Both the position numbers and the translations under genes were made by a program. DNA of 64,000 bases from the human T2T-CHM13v2.0 reference genome, Homo sapiens. The stretch is from assembly GCA_009914755.4 (NCBI GenBank), contig CP086569.2, positions 55,904,001-55,968,000 of the forward strand, written 5' to 3'. The notes under the pieces were generated by a model that searched no databases, was not told where the DNA came from, and worked only from the letters and a program-made list of their open reading frames with translations. Positions 14,262-28,452 of the stretch are shown here, piece by piece (the stretch's first letter is position 1; every line of letters begins with the position of its first letter).

Positions 14262-17200
14262 ATGCAATTTAATAAAATAGGATCAAATGTAATGGAATGG
14301 AATGGAAAGGAATCGAAACGAAAGGAATGGAGACAGATGGAATGGAATGGAACAGAGAGCAATGGTATAGAATGGAATGGAATCATCTGGAATGGAATTG
14401 AATGGAATGGAATAATATGAAATGGAATGGAATGGAATGGAATGGAATGCCCTTGAATTAAATGGACTGGAATGGAATGGACTCGAACAGAGTGGAATGG
14501 AAAGTGTTGAGATAGAATGGAATGGACTCGTTTGGAATGGTCTAGTATGCAATGCAATCGACTGGCAGGGAATCAAAAGGAATGTAATGGAAAGGATTGG
14601 ATAGGAATGCAATGGACTTGAATAGATTGGAAACGGAATGCAAAGGAATGGAATGGAATAGTATGGAATGGAATGGAAAGGAATGGAGTGGAATAGACTA
14701 GAGTGGAATGGAATGGACTGGAAAGCAATAGACTGGAATGGAACTTTCTTGAATGGACTGGAATCAAACGGAATGGAATGCAATGCAATCAAATGGCATG
14801 GAATAAAATAGAATGAAAGAGAATCAAATGGAATTGAATCGAATGGAATCGAATGGATTGGAAAGGAATAGAATGGAATGGAATGGAATTGACTCAAATG
14901 GAATGGACTAGAATGGAATAGATTCGAATGGAAAGCAAAGGAATGGAATCTATTGGAATGGACTGTAATGGAATGGAATGGAAGGGATTGGAATGGACTC
15001 GAATGGAATGGACTGCAATAGAAAGGATTCGAATGGAATGAAAAAGAATTGAATGGAATAGAACAGAATGGAATCAAATCGAATGAAATGGAGTGGAATA
15101 GAAAGGAATGGAATGAAATGGAATGGAAAGGATTCGAATGGAATGCAATCGAATGGAATGGAATCGAACGGAATGGAATAAAATGGAAGAAAACTGGCAA
15201 GAAATGGAATCGAAATGAATGGAGTGTTATGGAACGGACTCAAAAGGAATTGAATGTAATAGAATGGAGTGGAGTGGACTCGAATATAATGGACTGGAAT
15301 GGAATGAAATCACATGGAATGGGAACGAATGGAATGGAATGGAAAGGAATGGAATCGAATGGAAAGGAATCGAATGGAAGGGAATGAAATTGAATCAACA
15401 GGAATGGAAGGGAATAGAATAGACGGTAATGGAATGGACTCGAATAGAATGGACACGAATGCTGAAATTGAATGGACTCGAATGGAATGGAAACGAAAGG
15501 AATGTCATCGAATGGAATTGAATCGATTGGAATGAAATCGCATAGAATGGAGTGGAATCAAATGGAATTGAATCGAAAGGAAAGGAAGCGAATGGACTGA
15601 AATGAAATGGAATGGAATTGAATGGAAAGTAATGCAATGGAATAGAATGGAACGAAATTTCACGGAATGGAATCAAACTGAATGGAATCAAATCAATGGA
15701 ATCTAATCAAATGGAATGGAAAGGAATTGAATGGAGTAGATTGGATTGGATGGGATTGGAATGAAATGTACTGGAAAGGACTCGAATTTCATGAAACGGA
15801 ATGGAATGAATTGGAACGGAATGGACTCGAATGGAATGGAATGTCATGGAATGGCATCAAATGGAATGGCATCAAATGGAATGGAATCGAATGCAATGGA
15901 ATGTTATGGAATGGAATGGAATGCATTGGAATGGAATGTCCTCTAATGGAATGGATTCGAGTGGAATGGAATCGAATATAATGGAGTCGAATGAAATGGA
16001 ATTGAAAGGAATGGGATCGAATAGAATGGAATATACTGGAATGTAATGTAATGAACTCGAATGTAATTGACTGGAATGGAATGTACATGAATGGAAGGTA
16101 ATCGAATGGAAAGTAATCCAATGGAATAGAATCTAATGCAATAAAACCGACTCAGATAGTGTAGAATGTAATGGAATGGAGTGCAGTGCAATGGAATGGA
16201 ATGGAATTGAATGCAATGGAATGGAATGGAATGTTATGGAATGGAATGGAATGGATTGGAATGGGATGGAATGGTATGGAATGGATAGTAATGGACTGGA
16301 GTGAAATGGACTGGAAAGGAATGGACTCAAATTGAAAGGGCTCGAAAGGAATGGAGTCAAATGGAATAGTCTGGAATGGAATGAACACGAATGTAATGCA
16401 ATCCAATAGAATGTAATCGAATGGCATGGAATATAAAGAAATGGAATCGAAGAGAATGGAAACAAATGGAATGGAATTGAATGGAATGGAATTGAATGGA
16501 ATGGGAACGAATGGAGTGAAATTGTATGCAGTAGAAGAGAATAGAATGGAATGCAAGCGAAAGGAAAGGAATGGATTGGAATGGAATGGAATTCATTGGA
16601 ATGGAAGGGAATGTAGTGTAATGGACAGGCCTGGAATAAAGTGGAATGCTACGGTCTCGAATGGAATAAAAATGTATGGAATGGAATGCAATGAAAGGGA
16701 ATCGAATGTCATAGAATGTAATGGAATGCAACAAAATGGAATCCAAAATCATTGACTGGAAAGGCTGGGTGTCGAAAGGAATTGACTCCAATGGAATGGA
16801 ATCGAATGGAATGGAAGTGAATAGAATCGAACTAAATCGAATGGAATGGAATTGATAGGAACGGAATGGAGAGGAATGCAATGATTTGGCATGGAATGCA
16901 ATCGAATGGCATCGAATGGAATGGAATGGAATGCAATGGAATGGAATGTATTAGAATGTAATGAACTTTAATGGAATGTACTCGAATGGATTCGACTGGA
17001 ATGGAATGTTCTGGAAGTGAATGGACTCCAATGGAATGGATTCCAAAGGAATGGAATCGTACGGAATGGAATCTAATGGAATGGAATTAAATGGAAATGA
17101 ATCTAATTGAATAGCACGGAATTGAATTGAATGGAATGGAATGCAATGGAATCTAATGAAATGGAAAGGAAAGGAATGGAATGGAATGGAATGGGCTGGA

Positions 17201-17820
17201 ATGGAAAGGAATCGAAACGAATGGAATGGAATCGAACTGAAGAGACTGGAATGGAATGCACTGGAATGGAAGGGAGTGTAATGGAAGGTTCTCGAAAAAA
17301 ATGGAATCGAATGGAATGGAATTGAATGGAACGGAATAGAGTCGAATGGAATTGAATGGAATGGAATGGACTAGAGTGAAATGGAATCGAACCACAAGGA
17401 ATGGACAGGAATAGAATGGTCTCGAATTGAATGGAATCGTATGGAATGGCATCAAACGGAATGGAATGGACAGCCACGGAATGGAATGCACTCGAATGCA
17501 ATGGAGTCGAAACTAATGGACTGGAATAGAATGGACTCGACTGGTACGGACTCCAATGGAATGGAATCGAATGGAAGGGAATCGAACGGAATGGACTCAA
17601 AGGGAAAAGACTGCAATGGAAAGGTCTCGAATGGAATGGAAATTAATGGAATGGAATGGAATCGAATGAAATGGAGTCAAAAGGAATGGAATCGAATGGC
17701 AAGAAATCGAATGTAATGGAATCGCAAGGAATTGATGTGAACGGAACGGAATGGAATGGAATCCAAAGGAATGGAATAGAATGGAATGGAATCGAATGGA
17801 AAGGACTCGAATGGAAATCA
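14262..17820 (+). repeat. DYZ1-like HOR copy 5 (3559 bp)
   Basis: Anchor motif at 14262 and 17821. Confidence 0.8.
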
Positions 17821-20800
17821 CTCGAATAGAATGCAATTTAATAAAATAGGATCAAATGTAATGGAATGGAATGGAAAGGAATCGAAACGAAAGGAATGGA
17901 GACAGATGGAATGGAATGGAACAGAGAGCAATGGTATAGAATGGAATGGAATCATCTGGAATGGAATTGAATGGAATGGAATAATATGAAATGGAATGGA
18001 ATGGAATGGAATGGAATTCCCTTGAATTAAATGGACTGGAATGGAATGGACTCGAACAGAGTGGAATGGAAAGTGTTGAGATAGAATGGAATGGACTCGT
18101 TTGGAATGGTCTAGTATGCAATGCAATCGACTGGCAGGGAATCAAAAGGAATGTAATGGAATGGATTGGACTGGAATGCAATGGACTCGAATAGATTGGA
18201 AACGGAATGCAAAGGAATGGAATGGAATAGAATGGAATGGAATGGAAAGGAATGGAGTGGAATAGACTAGAGTGGAATGGAATGGACTGGAAAGCAATAG
18301 ACTGGAATGGAACTTTCTTGAATGGACTGGAATCAAACGGAATGGAATGCAATGCAATCAAATGGCATGGAATAAAATAGAATGAAAGAGAATCAAATGG
18401 AATTGAATCGAATGGAATCGAATGGATTGGAAAGGAATAGAATGGAATGGAATGGAATTGACTCAAATGGAATGGACTAGAATGGAATGGATTCGAATGG
18501 AAGGCAAAGGAATGGAATCTATTGGAATGGACTGTAATGGAATGGAATGGAAGGGATTGGAATGGACTCGAATGGAATGGACTGCAATAGAAAGGATTCG
18601 AATGGAATGAAAAAGAATTGAATGGAATAGAACAGAATGGAATCAAATCGAATGAAATGGAATGGAATAGAAAGGAATGGAATGAAATGGAATGGAAAGG
18701 ATTCGAATGGAATGCAATCGAATGGAATGGAATCGAACGGAATGGAATAAAATGGAAGAAAACTGGCAAGAAATGGAATCGAAATGAATGGAGTGTTATG
18801 GAACGGACTCAAAAGGAATTGAATGTAATAGAATGGAGTGGAGTGGACTCGAATATAATGGACTGGAATGGAATGAAATCACATGGAATGGGAACGAATG
18901 GAATGGAATGGAAAGGAATGGAATCGAATGGAAAGGAATCGAATGGAAGGGAATGAAATTGAATCAACAGGAATGGAAGGGAATAGAATAGACGGTAATG
19001 GAATGGACTCGAATAGAATGGACACGAATGCTCAAATTGAATGGACTCGAATGGAATGGAAACGAAAGGAATGTCATCGAATGGAATTGAATCGATTGGA
19101 ATGAAATCGCATAGAATGGAGTGGAATCAAATGGAATTGAATCGAAAGGAAAGGAAGCGAATGGACTGAAATGAAATGGAATGGAATTGAATGGAAAGTA
19201 ATGCAATGGAATAGAATGGAACGAAATTTCACGGAATGGAATCAAACTGAATGGAATCAAATCAATGGAATCAAATCAAATGGAATGGAAAGGAATTGAA
19301 TGGAGTAGATTGGATTGGATGGGATTGGAATGAAATGTACTGGAAAGGACTCGAATTTCATGAAACGGAATGGAATGAATTGGAACGGAATGGACTCGAA
19401 TGGAATGGAATGTCATGGAATGGCATCAAATGGAATGGCATCAAATGGAATGGAATCGAATGCAATGGAATGCTATGGAATGGAATGGAATGCATTGGAA
19501 TGGAATGTCCTCTAATGGAATGGATTCGAGTGGAATGGAATCGAATATAATGGAGTCGAATGAAATGGAATTGAAAAGAATGGGATCGAATACAATGGAA
19601 TATACTGGAATGTAATGTAATGAACTCGAATGTAATTGACTGGAATGGAATGTACATGAATGGAATGTAATCGAATGGAAAGTAATCCAATGGAATAGAA
19701 ACTAATGCAATAAAATCGACTCAAATAGAGTAGAATGTAATGGAATGGAGTGCAGTGCAATGGAATGGAATGGAATGGAATGCAATGGAATGGAATGGAA
19801 TGGAATGGAATGGGATGGAATGGTGTGGAATGGATAGTAATGGACTGGTGTGAAATGGACTGGAAAGGAATGGACTCAAATTGAAAGGGCTCGAAAGGAA
19901 TGGAGTCAAATGGAATGGTCTGGAATGGAATGAACACGAATGTAATGCAATCCAATAGAATGGAATCGAATGGCATGGAATATAAAGAAATGGAATCGAA
20001 GAGAATGGAAACAAATGGAATGGAATTGAATGGAATGGAATTGAATGGAATGGGAAGGAATGGAGTGAAATTGTATGCAGTAGAAGAGAATAGAATGGAA
20101 TGCAAGTGAAAGGAAAGGAATGGATTGGAATGGAATGGAATTCATTGGAATGGAAGGGAATGTAGTGTAATGGACAGGCCTGGAATAAAGTGGAATGCTA
20201 CGGTCTCGAATGGAATAAAAATGTATGGAATGGAATGCAATGAAACGGAATCGAATGTCATAGAATGTAATGGAATGCAACAAAATGGAATCCAAAATCA
20301 TTGACTGGAAAGGCTGGGTGTCGAAAGGAATTGACTCCAATGGAATGGAATCGAATGGAATGGAAGTGAATAGAATCGAACTAAATCGAATGGAAAGGAA
20401 TTGATAGGAACGGAATGGAAAGGAATGCAATGATTTGGCATGGAATGGAATCGAATGGCATCGAATGGAATGGAATGGAATGCAATGGAATGGAATGTAT
20501 TAGAATGTAATGAACTTTAATGGAATGTACTCGAATGGATTCGACTGGAATGGAATGTTCTGGAAGTGAATGGACTCCAATGGAATGGATTCAAAAGGAA
20601 TGGAATCGTACGGAATGGAATCTAATGGAATGGAATTAAATGGAAATGAATCAAATTGAATAGCACGGAATTGAATTGAATGGAATGGAATGCAATGGAA
20701 TCTAATGAAACGGAAAGGAAAGGAATGGAATGGAATGGAATGGGCTGGAATGGAAAGGAATCGAAACGAATGGAATGGAATCGAACTGAAGAGACTGGAA

Positions 20801-21379
20801 TGGAATGCACTGGAATGGAAGGGAGTGTAATGGAAGGTTCTCGAAAAAAATGGAATCGAATGGAATGGAATTGAATGGAACGGAATAGAGTCGAATGGAA
20901 TTGAATGGAATGGAATGGACTAGAGTGAAATGGAATCGAACCACAAGGAATGGACAGGAATAGAATGGTCTCGAATTGAATGGAATCGTATGGAATGGCA
21001 TCAAACGGAATGGAATGGACAGCCACGGAATGGAATGCACTCGAATGCAATGGAGTCGAAACTAATGGACTGGAATAGAATGGACTCGACTGGTACGGAC
21101 TCCAATGGAATGGAATCGAATGGAAGGGAATCGAACGGAATGGACTCGAAGGGAAAAGACTGCAATGGAAAGGTCTCGAATGGAATGGAAATTAATGGAA
21201 TGGAATGGAATCGAATGAAATGGAGTCAAAAGGAATGGAATCGAATGGCAAGAAATCGAATGTAATGGAATCGCAAGGAATTGATGTGAACGGAACGGAA
21301 TGGAATGGAATCCAAAGGAATGGAATAGAATGGAATGGAATCGAATGGAAAGGACTCGAATGGAAATCACTCGAATAGA
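17821..21379 (+). repeat. DYZ1-like HOR copy 6 (3559 bp)
   Basis: Anchor motif at 17821 and 21380. Confidence 0.8.
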
Positions 21380-24300
21380 ATGCAATTTAATAAAATAGGA
21401 TCAAATGTAATGGAATGGAATGGAAAGGAATCGAAACGAAAGGAATGGAGACAGATGGAATGGAATGGAACAGAGAGCAATGGTATAGAATGGAATGGAA
21501 TCATCTGGAATGGAATTGAATGGAATGGAATAATATGAAATGGAATGGAATGGAATGGAATGCCCTTGAATTAAATGGACTGGAATGGAATGGACTCGAA
21601 CAGAGTGGAATGGAAAGTGTTGAGATAGAATGGAATGGACTCGTTTGGAATGGTCTAGTAGGCAATGCAATCGACTGGCAGGGAATCAAAAGGAATGTAA
21701 TGGAATGGATTGGACTGGAATGCAATGGACTCGAATAGATTGGAAACGGAATGCAAAGGAATGGAATGGAATAGTATGGAATGGAATGGAAAGGAATGCA
21801 GTGGAATAGACTAGAGTGGAATGGAATGGACTGGAAAGCAATGGACTGGAATGGAACTTTCTTGAATGGACTGGAATCAAACGGAATGGAATGCAATGCA
21901 ATCAAATGGCATGGAATAAAATAGAATGAAAGAGAATCAAATGGAATTGAATCGAATGGAATCGAATGGATTGGAAAGGAATAGAATGGAATGGAATGGA
22001 ATTGACTCAAATGGAATGGACTAGAATGGAATGGATTCGAATGGAAGGCAAAGGAATGGAATCTATTGGAATGGACTGTAATGGAATGGAATGGAAGGGA
22101 TTGGAATGGACTCGAATGGAATGGACTGCAATAGAAAGGATTCGAATGGAATGAAAAAGAATTGAATGGAATAGAACAGAATGGAATCAAATCGAATGAA
22201 ATGGAATGGAATAGAAAGGAATGGAATGAAATGGAATGGAAAGGATTCGAATGGAATGCAATCGAATGGAATGGAATCGAACGGAATGGAATAAAATGGA
22301 AGAAAACTGGCAAGAAATGGAATCGAAATGAATGGAGTGTTATGGAACGGACTCAAAAGGAATTGAATGTAATAGAATGGAGTGGAGTGGACTCGAATAT
22401 AATGGACTGGAATGGAATGAAATCACATGGAATGGGAACGAATGGAATGGAATGGAAAGGAATGGAATCGAATGGAAAGGAATCGAATGGAAGGGAATGA
22501 AATTGAATCAACAGGAATGGAAGGGAATAGAATAGACGGTAATGGAATGGACTCGAATAGAATGGACACGAATGCTCAAATTGAATGGACTCGAATGGAA
22601 TGGAAACGAAAGGAATGTCATCGAATGGAATTGAATCGATTGGAATGAAATCGCATAGAATGGAGTGGAATCAAATGGAATTGAATCGAAAGGAAAGGAA
22701 GCGAATGGACTGAAATGAAATGGAATGGAATTGAATGGAAAGTAATGCAATGGAATAGAATGGAACGAAATTTCACGGAATAAAATCAAACTGAATGGAA
22801 TCAAACCAATGGAATCAAATCAAATGGAATGGAAAGGAATTGAATGGAGTAGATTGGATTGGATGGGATTGGAATGAAATGTACTGGAAAGGACTCGAAT
22901 TTCATGAAACGGAATGGAATGAATTGGAACGGAACGGACTCGAATGGAATGGAATGTCATGGAATGGCATCAAATGGAATGGCATCAAATGGAATGGAAT
23001 CGAATGCAATGGAATGCTATGGAATGGAATGGAATGCATTTTAATGGAATGTCCTCTAATGGAATGGATTCGAGTGGAATGGAATCGAATATAATGGAGT
23101 CGAATGAAATGGAATTGAAAGGAATGGGATCGAATACAATGGAATATACTGGAATGTAATGTAATGAACTCGAATGTAATTGACTGGAATGGAATGTACA
23201 TGAATGGAATGTAATCGAATGGAAAGTAATCCAATGGAATAGAATCTAATGCAATAAAATCGACTCAGATAGAGTAGAATGTAATGGAATGGAGTGCAGT
23301 GCAATGGAATGGAATGGAATGGAATGCAATGGAATGGAATGGAATGGAATGGAATGGAATGGAATGGAATGGTGTGGAATGGATAGTAATGGACTGGAGT
23401 GAAATGGACTGGAAAGGAATGGACTCAAATTGAATGGGCTCGAAAGGAATGGAGTCAAATGGAATGGTCTGGAATGGAATGAACACGAATGTAATGCAAT
23501 CCAATAGAATGGAATCGAATGGCATGGAATATAAAGAAATGGAATCGAAGAGAATGGAAACAAATGGAATGGAATTGAGTGGAATGGAATTGAATGGAAT
23601 GGGAACCAATGGAGTGAAATTGTATGCAGTAGAAGAGAATAGAATGGAATGCAAGCGAAAGGAAAGGAATGGATTGGAATGGAATGGAATTCATTGGAAT
23701 GGAAGGGAATGTAGTGTAATGGACAGGCCTGGAATAAAGTGGAATGCTACGGTCTCGAATGGAATAAAAATGTATGGAATGGAATGCAATGAAACGGAAT
23801 CGAATGTCATAGAATGTAATGGAATGCAAAAAAATGGAATCCAAAATCATTGACTGGAAAGGCTGGGTGTCGAAAGGAATTGACTCCAATGGAATGGAAT
23901 CGAATGGAATGGAAGTGAATAGAATCGAACTAAATCGAATGGAATGGAATTGATAGGAACGGAATGGAAAGGAATGCAATGATTTGGCATGGAATGGAAT
24001 CGAATGGCATCGAATGGAATGGAATGGAATGCAATGGAATGGAATGTATTAGAATGTAATGAACTTTAATGGAATGTACTCGAATGGATTCGACTGGAAT
24101 GGAATGTTCTGGAAGTGAATGGACTCCAATGGAATGGATTCAAAAGGAATGGAATCGTACGGAATGGAATCTAATGGAATGGAATTAAATGGAAATGAAT
24201 CAAATTGAATAGCACGGAATTGAATTGAATGGAATGGAATGCAATGGAATCTAATGAAACGGAAAGGAAAGGAATGGAATGGAATGGAATGGGCTGGAAT

Positions 24301-24928
24301 GGAAAGGAATCGAAACGAATGGAATGGAATCGAACTGAAGAGACTGGAATGGAATGCACTGGAATGGAAGGGAGTGTAATGGAAGGTTCTCGGAAAAAAT
24401 GGAATGGAATGGAATGGAATTGAATGGAACGGAATAGAGTCGAATGGAATTGAATGGAATGGAATGGACTAGAGTGAATTGGAATCGAACCACAAGGAAT
24501 GGACAGGAATAGAATGGTCTCGAATTGAATGGAATCGTATGGAATGGCATCAAACGGAATGGAATGGACAGCCACGGAATGGAATGCACTCGAATGCAAT
24601 GGAGTCGAAACTAATGGACTGGAATAGAATGGACTCGACTGGTACGGACTCCAATGGAATGGAATCGAATGGAAGGGAATCGAACGGAATGGAATCGGAG
24701 GGAAAAGACTGCAATGGAAAGGTCTCAAATGGAATGGAAATTAATGGAATGGAATGGAATCGAATGAAATGGAGTCAAAAGCAATGGAATCGAATGGCAA
24801 GAAATCGAATGTAATGGAATCGCAAGGAATTGATGTGAACGGAACGGAATGGAATGGAATCCAAAGGAATGGAATAGAATGGAATGGAATCGAATGGAAA
24901 GGACTCGAATGGAAATCACTCGAATAGA
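21380..24928 (+). repeat. DYZ1-like HOR copy 7 (3549 bp; near-identical to copy 2)
   Basis: Anchor motif at 21380 and 24929. Shares private variants with 3588-7133. Confidence 0.8.
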
Positions 24929-27900
24929 ATGCAATTTAATAAAATAGGATCAAATGTAATGGAATGGAATGGAAAGGAATCGAAACTAAAGGAATGGAGA
25001 CAGATGGAATGGAATAGAACAGAGAGCAATGGTATAGAATGGAATGGAATCATCTGGAATGGAATTGAATGGAATGGAATAATATGAAATGGAATGGAAT
25101 GGAATGGAATGGAATGCCCTTGAATTAAATGGACTGGAATGGAATGGACTCGAACAGAGTGGAATGGAAAGTGTTGAGATAGAATGGAATGGACTCCTTT
25201 GGAATGGTGTAGTATGCAATGCAATCGACTGGCAGGGTATCAAAAGGAATTTAATCGAATGGATTGGACTGGAATGCAATGGACTCGAATAGATTGGAAA
25301 CGGAATGCAAAGGAATGGAATGGAATAGTATGGAATGGAATGGAAAGGAATGGAGTGGAATAGACTAGAGTGGAATGGAATGGACTGGAAAGCAATGGAC
25401 TGGAATGGAACTCTCTTGAATGGACTGGAATCAAACGGAATGGAATGCAATGCAATCAAATGGCATGGAATAAAATAGAATGAAAGAGAATCAAATGGAA
25501 TTGAATCGAATGGAATCGAATGGATTGGAAAGGAATAGAATGGAATGGAATGGAATGGACTAGAATGGAATGGATTCGAATGGAAGGCAAAGGAATGGAA
25601 TCTATTGGAATGGACTGTAATGGAATGGAATGGAAGGGATTGGAATGGACTCGAATGGAATGGACTGCAATAGAAAGGATTCGAATGGAATGAAAAAGAG
25701 TTGAATGGAATAGAACAGAATGGAATCAAATCGAATGAAATGGAATGGAATAGAAAGGAATGGAATGAAATGGAATGGAAAGGATTCGAATGGAATGCAA
25801 TCGAATGGAATGGAATCGAACGGAATGGAATAAAATGGAAGAAAACTGGCAAGAAATGGAATCGAAATGAATGGAGTGTTATGGAACGGACTCAAAAGGA
25901 ATTGAATGTAATAGAATGGAGTGGAGTGGACTCGAATATAATGGACTGGAATGGAATGAAATCACATGGAATGGGAACGAATGGAATGGAATGGAAAGGA
26001 ATGGAATCGAATGGAAAGGAATCGAATGGAAGGGAATGAAATTGAATCAACAGGAATGGAAGGGAATAGAATAGACGGTAATGGAATGGACTCGAATAGA
26101 ATGGACACGAATGCTCAAATTGAATGGACTCGAATGGAATGGAAACGAAAGGAATGTCACCGAATGGAATTGAATCGATTGGAATGAAATCGCATAGAAT
26201 GGAGTGGAATCAAATGGAATTGAATCGAAAGGAAAGGAAGCGAATGGACTGAAATGAAATGGAATGGAATTGAATGGAAAGTAATGCAATGGAATAGAAT
26301 GGAACGAAATTTCACGGAATGGAATCAAACTGAATGGAATCAAATCAATGGAATCCAATCAAATGGAATGGAGTAGATTGGATTGGATGGGATTGGAATG
26401 AAATATACTGGAAAGGACTCGAATCTCATGAAACGGAATGGAATGAATTGGAACGGAATGGACTCGAATGGAATGGAATGTCATAGAATGGCATCAAATG
26501 GAATGGCATCAAATGGAATGGAATCGAATGCAATGGAATGCTATGGAATGGAATGGAATGCATTGGAATGGAATGTCCTCTAATGGAATGGATTCGAGTG
26601 GAATGGAATCGAATATAATGGAGTCGAATGAAATGGAATTGAAAGGAATGGGATCGAATACAATGGAATATACTGGAATGTAATGTAATGAACTCGAATG
26701 TAATTGACTGGAATGGAATGTACATGAATGGAATGTAATCGAATGGAAAGTAATCCAATGGAATAGAATCTAATGCAATAAAATCGACTCAGATAGAGTA
26801 GAATGTAATGGAATGGAGTGCAGTGCAATGGAATGGAATGGAATGGAATGTAATGGAATGGAATGGAATGGAATGGAATGGAATGGGATGGAATGGTATG
26901 GAATGGATAGTAATGGACTGGAGTGAAATGGACTGGAAAGGAATGGACTCAAATTGAAAGGGCTGGAAAGGAATGGAGTCAAATGGAATGGTCTGGAATG
27001 GAATGAACACGAAAGTAATGCAATCCAATAGAATGGAATCGAATAGCATGGAATATAATGAAATGGAATCGAAGAGAATGGAAACAAATGGAATGGAATT
27101 GAATGGAATGGAATTGAATGGAATGGGAACGAATGGAGTGAAATTGTATGCAGTAGAAGGGAATAGAATGGAATGCAAGCGAAAGGAAAGGAATGGATTG
27201 GAATGGAATGGAATTCATTGGAATGGAAGGGAATGTAGTGTATTGGACAGGCCTGGAATAAAGTGGAATGCTACGGTCTCGAATGGAATAAAAATGTATG
27301 GAATGGAATGCAATGAAACGGAATCGAATGTCATAGAATGTAATGGAATGCAAAAAAATGGAATCCAAAATCATTGACTGGAAAGGCTGGGTGTCGAAAG
27401 GAATTGACTCCAATGGAATGGAATCGAATGGAATGGAAGTGAATAGAATCGAACTAAATCGAATGGAATGGAATTGATAGGAACGGAATGGAAAGGAATG
27501 CAATGATTTGGCACGGAATGGAATCGAATGGCATCGAATGGAATGGAATGGAATGCAATGGAATGGAACGTATTAGAATGTAATGAACTTTAATGGAATG
27601 TACTCGAATGGAATCGACTGGAATGGAATGTTCTGGAAGTGAATGGACTCCAATGGAATGGATTCAAAAGGAATGGAATCGTACGGAATGGAATCTAATG
27701 GAATGGAATTAAATGGAAATGAATCAAATTGAATAGCATGGAATTGAATTGAATGGAATCGAAAGCAATGGAATCTAATGAAACGGAAAGGAAAGGAATG
27801 GAATGGAATGGAATGGGCTGGAATGGAAAGGAATCGAAACGAATGGAATGGAATCGAATTGACGAGACTGGAATGGAATGCACTGGAATGGAAGGGAGTG

Positions 27901-28452
27901 TTATGGAAGGTTCTCGAAAAAAATGGAATCGAATGGAATGGAATTGAATGGAACGGAATAGAGTCGAATGGAATTGAATAGAATGGAATGGACTAGAGTG
28001 AAATGGAATCGAACCACAAGGAATGGACAGGAATAGAATGGTCTCGAATTGAATGGAATCGTATGGAATGGCATCAAACGGAATGGAATGGACAGCCACG
28101 GAATGGAATGCACTCGAATGCAATGGAGTCGAAACTAATGGACTGGAATAGAATGGACTCGACTGGTACGGACTCCAATGGAATGGAATCGAATGGAAGG
28201 GAATCGAACGGAATGGACTCGAAGGGAAAAGACTGCAATGGAAAGGTCTCGAATGGAATGGAAATTAATGGAATGGAATGGAATCGAATGAAATGGAGTC
28301 AAAAGGAATGGAATCGAATGGCAAGAAATCGAATGTAATGGAATCGCAAGGAATTGATGTGAACGGAACGGAATGGAATGGAATCCAAAGGAATGGAATA
28401 GAATGGAATGGAATCGAATGGAAAGGACTCGAATGGAAATCACTCGAATAGA
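24929..28452 (+). repeat. DYZ1-like HOR copy 8 (3524 bp; carries a 15-bp deletion 'aattgactcaaatgg' near 25541)
   Basis: Anchor motif at 24929 and 28453. Confidence 0.8.
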
